Positions 1-6,518 of a stretch of DNA of 6,518 nucleotides are shown piece after piece. The position numbers and the translations under genes were made by a program. Position 1 is the stretch's first letter. Each line of letters starts with the position of its first letter. The notes under the pieces were generated by a model that was given only the letters and a program-made list of their open reading frames with translations, did not search any database and had not been told where the DNA came from. Source of the DNA: Paecilomyces variotii (Eukaryota); assembly GCA_004022145.1 (NCBI GenBank), contig RCNU01000067.1; one strand, 5' to 3'.

Positions 1-334
1 ATTATAAGTCTTTTTATATAAGAATAGCTTATTATTATTATTTTAAACCTTATAGCTTTAAGTAAAGAGTTTTATATTATTTAATTTATCTTAAGTTATT
101 ATAAACTTAAGCTTATAATTAATTAAAAGAAATAAATCTAATTATAATAAGACCTATCTCTATTAAATTTAAGAGAATAATTTAAAAAAATAAGTATAAG
201 AGGTAAAACTATAATTAATATTATTATTATTTTTTTACTATAAATTATCTTAAGATATTTATCTTTTTATTATATAATAAAGTTATATAATTTTTTATAA
301 TATTTACTAGTTCTAACTGCTATTTTATAATATA

Positions 335-382
335 TTATTTATTTTATTATTTATATTACTATTTATATTATTATTTATATAT
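335..382. repeat. 12-bp minisatellite, about 4 copies
   Basis: TTATTTATTTTA / TTATTTATATTA / CTATTTATATTA / TTATTTATATAT at 335, 347, 359, 371. Low complexity weakens significance. Confidence 0.5.
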
Positions 383-781
383 AATTTATAACTCTTAGCA
401 GAATTTTTAAATATATTTAATATATACTTAATATTAATCTTAGCCTTTATTTTTAATAACTTATTTCTTTATTTATCTTATTTTATAAATATATTATAAA
501 TATAACTTTTACTTTATTTATATTATATATATACTAACTTTATATAAATTAATAATTTATTATTTTTAGCTAATAATAATAATAAAAGTAATAGTAAGTA
601 ATCTTTTAATTAATATTAAATATATATTAAATAAGGTTTTAATTTAACTTTTATATTTACTCTCTTTAAATAAAAAAAATTAAGTTCTTATATAAAATAT
701 ACTAATAAATATATTATTAATAAAAATAAAATATAATTATTTTTATAATAATCTTTATAGTAATAATTATATTTATAATAT

Positions 782-1860
782 TAATAGCTGCAGCGCTAAG
801 TTAATTAATAAGTTTTTTTTTATATAAAGTATATATTAAGTTTATATTTATAAATTATTATCTTCTCTTTAGAGAATAAGTTTTTAAATATTTTAAATAT
901 ATAAATATTTAAGACCTGCTAACTTCTAAGCATATATTTAAATTAAATTTTATTTAATTTTAAATATTTATTTAATACTAAGTTTTTATATTTAAAAGAA
1001 TATTTTCTTATATTTTTAAATAATTCTAATATAATATTTTTTATTCTTTATTTATTTTTATTATAAAAAGAAGGAAATATATATTATAATTATATAACTA
1101 TAGCTATATATATATTTATTTATTTTATAAATTGCTATAATAATCTTTTTTTTATTTAAACTTATATTGCCTTTACTCTAATATTTATTTTAATTAAATA
1201 ATAAAATTAGTCTTTATTATTTCTTTTAATAAAGGATTTCTGCTATAGTATATATAAGCTTTATTTTATTTAAAATCTATATTTAATTCCTAGATAATAT
1301 AAGCTAAATATAGAGTTAATATATATTTTATATTAAAACTAGTAAAGCTATTTAAATTTAATAAAAAGATTTAAGCTCTTTTAAGTATTAAAATAGTATT
1401 AAATTAAATCTAGCCTTAAATATAACTAAAATCTTTAAGTTAATTCTTTTTTTAACTTTTATTTAATATATATTTTATATTTAATCTATATTAAAAATAG
1501 TAATCTAAGTTTAATTCTTTAAAGCTTAGCTTAATTTATTTAGTCTTAGATTTAACTTAGCTTTAATAATAGCTAGAATCTCTAGATTAACCCTTTATTT
1601 AACCTTTATTTAATATATACTTTATATTTAATTTATATTAAGAATAGTAATTTAAGTTTAATTCTTTAAAGCTTAGCTTAATTTATTTAGTCTTAAATTT
1701 AACCTAGCTTTAATAATAGCTAGAATCTTTAAGTTAACTTTTTTTTAACCTTTATTTAATATATATTAAATAAATCTTTTATCTTTAACTAGTATATATT
1801 TAGTAGTAGATTTAAATAAAGATATTAAAATAACTTTAAACTTAATATCTTTATTAAAAG
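782..1860 (-). pseudogene. RIP-degenerate ORF remnant of unknown family containing a 49-aa tandem repeat
   Basis: Surviving G/C bases fall into one minus-strand frame as GAG, GCA GAA ATC CTT, GGC, GCT, TTA GCA GGT CTT, GAA GAT, GCG CTG CAG. The repeat period is a multiple of 3. One apparent 1-nt frameshift near 1740. No recognisable domain motif. Confidence 0.5.
1408..1765. repeat. Tandem repeat, 147-bp period, about 2.4 copies
   Basis: AAAGCTTAGCTTAATTTATTTAGTCTT occurs at 1521 and 1668. 1422-1590 aligns ungapped to 1569-1737 with 17 transitions and 1 transversion. The last partial copy has a 1-nt deletion in the T-run at 1739-1746. Confidence 0.95.
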
Positions 1861-1920
1861 ATTAATTATTACTATTATTTAAAGGTATATTTATAAAGAT
1901 TATTAGAATTAAATAATAAA

Positions 1921-3970
1921 TAAAGTTAATTTATTTAATAGTTAATAGCCTTTTAATTCTATTAGTTTAAAAGATATATTTAATATATGCTTAAAGATAT
2001 ATTAAGCTTTTATCTTATTATTTCTCTATATCTATTAAGGGATTTATATAATATTATTATAGTTCTACTATATATTATTAATATTATAGCTAAAAAGCTT
2101 TTATTATTTAATAATATCTTCTATATATTATTATAGACTAGATATAAATTAACCTTATTAATATTTAATCTAAGCTATATATAAACTAAGTATATACTAA
2201 ATATAGACTTATTACTTAATAGCCCTTAATAAAGATAAGTTTTCCCCTATATTATAATTATTTTAAAAGTAATTACTTTTAAATAATTTAGTATACTTTT
2301 AAATATAACTTTACTATTTAAAAAGGATTTTTAATATTTCTTATAATAATATAATAAGAATCTATAGTTTAATTTTACTTTAAAGCTATCTTTTAATATT
2401 TAAATATTTCTTACCTTATTAATATATAGTTTAAAAGATTTCTTAATATAAATTTAAATCCTATAAATATTTTAGTTAATAAATAAGAAAATAAAATCTT
2501 TTAAACTTTTTATAAAAATTATATTTAATATATATTTAGTAGAAGATAAATATATGCTTAAGATATTCTTACTAATTAAAAGAAAGATAAATAAAATATA
2601 AATAGTTATTAAAGCTTAAATATACTTAATATATATTTTATATTTATTAAGATAATATTAACTTAGTACTTATTTCTTATATATATCTATAGTAATAATC
2701 TATATCTCTTCTTTATTTAAAATATATACTTATTAAATATATTAATATATAGCTTATAATAATATTTAAAATAATAATTTAAATACTTAAAAGTATATAT
2801 AATAAGTTTATAAAGAAATAAAAATATAGTAATAAGTATTAATTCTTAAAATAAGGTTAATATATGCTAAATATATAATAAGAATAAATTAAATATATAT
2901 TTAGTTTTAGAATTCTAGCTTAAGATTAAAAAGATATTTAAATTTCTAAGTATTATCTTATAAGCTAAATCTATTTTAAAATATTTAGCTTTTATAAATG
3001 CTTTTATTTAAGCATTTATATAATAAATAATAATATATTCTCTAGTTTTATTAATATTAACTGCGTAAATTTATTATTTATTACTTTCTTTATATTAGTT
3101 AAACTTATACTCTTATATAACCCTTATATAATATTAATATATATAAAATATATAATAAGAATAGATTTTAACTAGCAATATTTAAACTAAATAAATATTA
3201 TAGAAGTTTTTATTTTTAAATTAAATAAATAACTTTATCTTTAATATTTAAAGAAGCTTTAATTAAATTTAAAGCTTAACCTTAATACTTTTATTTAAAT
3301 ATATATACTTCTAAAGATATTAAGAATTTATCTATAAGTATTTAGTTAATATATATAAAATATAGGCTTAAGATATATATAATATATATATAGTTATAGT
3401 AAAAATATTCTTTTAATTAATTAAATCTATAAGTTTTTAAGTAAAATCTTAACTTAACTTAGTTAATAACAGAGGAAAATATATATAATTTTCTTAATAA
3501 ATAAGAAGGATAAAAGGAAAATAATTTTAATTATAAAAAATAAAAATATTAATTAAAGTATTATATTTTTTATATAAAACTTTAAATATACCTTAAGAGT
3601 AGTTAAATTCTAAACCTATAGTTAATATATACTTGATATATATAAAGCAAATACTTATTATAAGTTATATACCTTAAAATAATATAATTAATATAGATAT
3701 AAGTAGATTAAATAAAAATATTAATATTATATATTTTATAAGCTATTAAAATATATAAATAAAGTATATAAATTTAAGCTATATATATAGAAATAGCTTA
3801 TATAATATATTATAATTTAAAATTATTTACTAATAAGTAACTAATAAAGGTAATTAATAGCTAAAGATATATTTAATATATGCTAAGATTAAATAAAGAG
3901 TTAAACTTACTTTATACTATTTAAAGATTACTAGAGTTTAATTTAAGTATACTTATATTTTACTTTTTAA
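1921..3970. pseudogene. Long RIP-degenerate coding-like tract, strand and family unresolved
   Basis: Apparent 3-nt periodicity with third codon positions at coordinates divisible by 3. Plus frame 1 gives e.g. FKEALIKFKA (from 3247) and LITEENIYNFLNK*EG*KEN (from 3463). The minus frame sharing the same wobble position also reads plausibly in 1921-2560. Judged by eye only. Confidence 0.35.
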
Positions 3971-4326
3971 ATAGAAATAATACTCTACTAATTATTAATT
4001 TTAAAAATAAAAAAATTTATTATATTAATTTTTAGTTTCTCTTTTAAAAAGTTTATTAATAAAAGTAATATTAAATATATAGCTTACTTCTTTATAAAGT
4101 ATTTTAAAAATACTTAGTTTAATATAGTTATATTTATAGTATTATTTAAGTATATACTTTAATATATATTTATAATATTTAATACTACTATATTTATATA
4201 CTTAATAATATACTTTATTTTAAATTTTATCCTTTTTATCCTTTTAAAAAAATAAGAGAAATAAGGTCTTATAATTACTTTAAGTATAAAGCTTAAATTA
4301 AATTTAAGCTATATTTAGCATATACT

Positions 4327-4669
4327 TATAATACCTTAAATATTAAGGTATAAGCTTAGAAGATAGGCTAAGATAAATAAAATAAATAGTTAATACTAAG
4401 ACTAGCTATAAGATCTTTATCTAGCTAATTTAAACTAGAATAAGCTATTATAAATAAGCTTAGTAAATAAGATATAGCTTAAAAAGCTTAAATTTAGATT
4501 AAACTATATACTAAAGAAATTTTTTATAAGATTATATAATTTTTTATATAATCTAGAAGAGTTAAGTTTTATTCTTCTAATTTATATAAATATTAGCTAA
4601 TAGATTTATGCAAGAGAGAGTTTTTATTAAAATAAAATTATATTAGCTTCTTAAGCTAGTATTATAATA
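4327..4669 (-). repeat. Probable 3' LTR (~340 bp) of the chromovirus
   Basis: Begins just after the PPT (TA < TG at 4669, or alternatively 4666). An 8-bp inverted pair TATAATAC (4327-4334) / GTATTATA (4659-4666) is compatible with TGTAACAC...GTGTTACA ends. No second LTR copy is in the window, so the distal end is tentative. Confidence 0.6.
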
Positions 4670-4672
4670 ATA

Positions 4673-4683
4673 TTTTCTTCCTT
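4673..4683 (-). other. Polypurine tract (plus-strand primer site) of the chromovirus
   Basis: Minus strand reads CCTT-AAGGAAGAAAA-TAT-TATTATAATAC, overlapping and following the pol stop. RIP-compatible with a G-rich tract directly before a TG-start LTR. Confidence 0.75.
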
Positions 4684-5863
4684 AAGGTTAAGCTTTATTA
4701 AAATTATCTCTTAATTTTAGCTTATTTAAATAATAGCGGTAAAAGTTAGTAATAATCTCCTAAGTATATTATAGATAATATATAGGCTTCTTAATTAAGT
4801 TATTATAATTTAACTATTTAATAGTATATTATAATTAAGAGCCTTTATAACCTTAGTATTCTTATTAAGAGTTTAAGATATCTTTAATAACTTATTCTTT
4901 AAGGTTATTAATTTTAATAGGTAGTAGTAAAAATTATCTCTATTTAAATATAAGGTTTTTAGTAATAAGATAAAACAGGCTAATATTAAATATAGAATAG
5001 ATATATATTAAAATAGGTAGATTTAGCTAATAAGTATATAGGCTAATAATCTTAGTAATATAAAATAAATTAAAATTCTTCTAGTTAAATTTCTTTTAAA
5101 AGTACTAAATATAGATATTCTAAATATTTAATTAAATAGATTATCTTATATAATAGCAGTAAGCTAAGGTTTAATAATAATTAATCTGCTTTTTATAATA
5201 AGCTTAAATAATATAAATTTAAGTATAGATATAATCTATAATATCTTATATCTTTTTAATAAAGGCTTTAGTATTTTTAATAATAGGCTAATTTATAGGC
5301 TAAATAGGCTTAAATCTTATATATAAATAGAACCTATAGTTAATAAAAAAGAGTAATACTTTAATAGTCTTAAAATAGTAAGAGTTTAATATAAACTTAG
5401 CTAAAAATAGCTAGTTAACTTAATTATCTTATAAATAATTAATATAGGTATATAAATATTATTTTAAGATAATATTTATTCTTTTAGTCTAATTATTAGT
5501 CTTAAAGTAATAAATAGTAAATAATAAATTTATAATATCTAAGTATTAAATTAAGTATTTCTAGAAAGTAATAATAAATTAAGAGCTTTAATTTAATATT
5601 ATAGTCTTTAATAGCCTATAAAGCTTCTATATATAGTAAATATATAATTATATTATTTCTTTAATATTATAAGTAGCTTAATAGAGAATAAAATATTTTA
5701 TTTTTATAAATTAGTCTATAATAATTAATATAATATTATAACTTTAGTAAGATATAAATTTAGTAATAAAATCTATTAAAATATCTTACTAAGAATATTT
5801 AAAAATAAGAAGCTAGTATAAAACTCTTTAGTAGCCTTTATTTAAGAGTATAATATAATAGTA
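4682..5863 (-). pseudogene. pol: pol C-terminus: retroviral-type (rve) integrase + GPF/SH3-like domain + chromodomain, many RIP-generated TAA/TAG stops
   Basis: One frame of 394 codons with no frameshift. Literal reading -> inferred ancestral reading: S**DILIDFITK -> PWQDISMDFVTG (D at 5773-5771); IIID*FIKIKYFI -> VVVDRLTKMKHFI; I*KLYRLLKTIILN*SS*F -> VWKLHGLPKTMVSDRGPQF (D at 5593-5591); FTIYYFKTNN*TKRIN -> STAYHPETDGQTERMN (E at 5485-5483, 35 residues between D and E); *DN*VN*LFLAKF -> QDDWVDWLPLAEF; KKFN*KNFNLF -> KKLDWKNLGPF (GPF at 5071-5063); TY*LNLPILIYIYSIFNISL -> AYRLDLPxSMRIHPVFNVSL. Confidence 0.95.
4727..4900 (-). other. Chromodomain-coding segment at integrase C-terminus (RIP-degenerate)
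   Basis: Literal KE*VIKDILNS**EY*GYKGS*L*YTIK*LNYNNLIKKP is RIP-compatible with [39 protein letters not shown]. It follows a proline-rich linker (TTT TTA CTA CTA CCT -> PPPPP) and precedes NFYRYYLNKL -> NFHRRYPDKP. Confidence 0.88.
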
Positions 5864-6518
5864 TAGTAGGGAGGATTAGTATAAAGAATGTAATTAGTTA
5901 AGAGGTTATATACTTTTACTTAAAGTCTTTAAAAAGTCTATAAATAAAGTAGGAGAAGAGAGATAATATCCTTTTAGTTATTTAGAATAAAATAATTAGC
6001 TTTTCCTTTCTATTATTATTTAGTATTAGTTTAGCATTAGATTATTATTGGTTTATTATATTAGTCTATAGCTAAAGCTTTTTCTCTAGTTTTACTTTAA
6101 GCTCTAAAGCTAAATATTCTTTTTTTCTTTCTTAATATCTACTTGCTTAAAGACTTTATACTAAGTCTTAATATATCTTCCTATAATAAAATAGAGTTAA
6201 ATATAAGAGGTATTAAAATATTAAGCAAAAATAAAGAAGAAAGGAGAATTAAAAGCTGAGGTTAAGGCCGAAGCTAAAGAAAGGGATAAAAAATAATAAA
6301 AAGATAAATAAAATAGCTAAAAAAGATTACTATTATAAATAAAAAGAGATAAATATATCTCTTAGATTAGTAGAGATAGTAAATATAATATAGGGTAAAA
6401 ATATATATTAATAATAAGAGAAAGGAAAGACTGCTAAATATAAGAAAAAGCTTAATAAATATAAAAGGGAAGCAGAAATTTAGAAGAAATAAAAAATTAT
6501 TAAGTAAAAACTATTTAT
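5862..6518 (+). mobile_element. Unrelated RIPed sequence interrupting the integrase; possibly LTR plus start of first ORF of a nested element
   Basis: Integrase homology stops here, with no YYWP or HHCC zinc-finger continuation. TATAGTAG (5862) and TTATTATA (6053-6060) are RIP-compatible inverted ends, enclosing TATAAATA (5939) and AATAAA (5986). A purine-rich, K/E-rich reading follows (EKGKTAKYKKKLNKYKREAEI from 6418). Confidence 0.4.

Larger units (their letters stand above)
4327..5863 (-). mobile_element. Truncated, RIP-inactivated Ty3/Gypsy chromovirus LTR retrotransposon (3' portion: integrase-chromodomain, PPT, 3' LTR)
   Basis: Minus-strand order is integrase core, GPF module, chromodomain, stop, purine tract, LTR-like segment. 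Integrase last in pol with a C-terminal chromodomain is diagnostic of chromoviruses. Outer boundaries are approximate. Confidence 0.92.
1..6518. other. Heavily RIP-mutated (repeat-induced point mutation) AT-rich repeat region, probably from an ascomycete genome
   Basis: Manual scan found only about 34 CA+TG and 4 CG dinucleotides in 6518 nt, while TA is ubiquitous. Tandem-repeat copies differ by 17 transitions versus 1 transversion. Conserved integrase motifs are restored by reversing C->T/G->A changes alone. Confidence 0.95.

Noticed and set aside
121..200. Gag-like 'PxFxGDRS' reading on the minus strand (LKFNRDRSYY literal)
   Set aside because: Short, no supporting downstream gag motifs, and an alternative frame reads equally well.
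1408..1765. CRISPR array or nucleosome-length (147 bp) satellite
   Set aside because: Contiguous units with no unique spacers and only about 2.4 copies. The triplet period inside a coding-like frame is a simpler explanation, and the match to 147 bp is probably coincidental.
929..4325. Recurrent TATATGCT motif (about 6 copies on both strands) as a regulatory site
   Set aside because: Expected by convergence: RIP turns flanks into TATA runs while TGC/GCA is the spared context.
4760..5800. Plus-strand copia or LINE motifs (YVDD-like TATAGATAAT at ~4770, ADxLTK-like CTTACTAAG at ~5785)
   Set aside because: These are antisense by-products of the minus-strand Gypsy integrase, which explains the region fully.
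1..6518. AT-rich organellar, Plasmodium-like or endosymbiont DNA, or use of an alternative genetic code with TAA/TAG read-through
   Set aside because: Near-absence of CA/TG/CG specifically, and missense changes at invariant integrase residues that are all C->T/G->A, are explained by RIP rather than by AT drift or recoding.
1..6518. TATA boxes, polyadenylation signals and short stop-free ORFs throughout
   Set aside because: Uninformative at this base composition. No intact ATG-initiated ORF of meaningful length was seen.

Overview
Extremely AT-rich DNA (roughly 10-20% G+C by spot counts) that has lost almost all CpA, TpG and CpG and is saturated with TpA. This is the signature of fungal repeat-induced point mutation (RIP), so the window is most likely heterochromatic repeat DNA from a filamentous ascomycete. 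No intact gene is present. Reading codons while allowing only C->T and G->A changes reveals the 3' part of a Ty3/Gypsy chromovirus LTR retrotransposon on the minus strand. It comprises an integrase core with D,D-35-E, a GPF/SH3-like module and a chromodomain in one unbroken frame (5863->4682), then a polypurine tract and a probable 3' LTR (~4669->4327). The integrase is cut off in its zinc-finger region at ~5862 by unrelated sequence, possibly the LTR and first ORF of a nested element. The left 4.3 kb is equally RIP-mutated but matches no family I recognise. It holds ghost reading frames, one containing a 147-bp (49-codon) tandem repeat whose copies differ almost only by transitions. Surviving CA/TG dinucleotides sit mostly in GCA/TGC context. 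All 'de-RIPed' protein readings below are my inferences, not literal translations.
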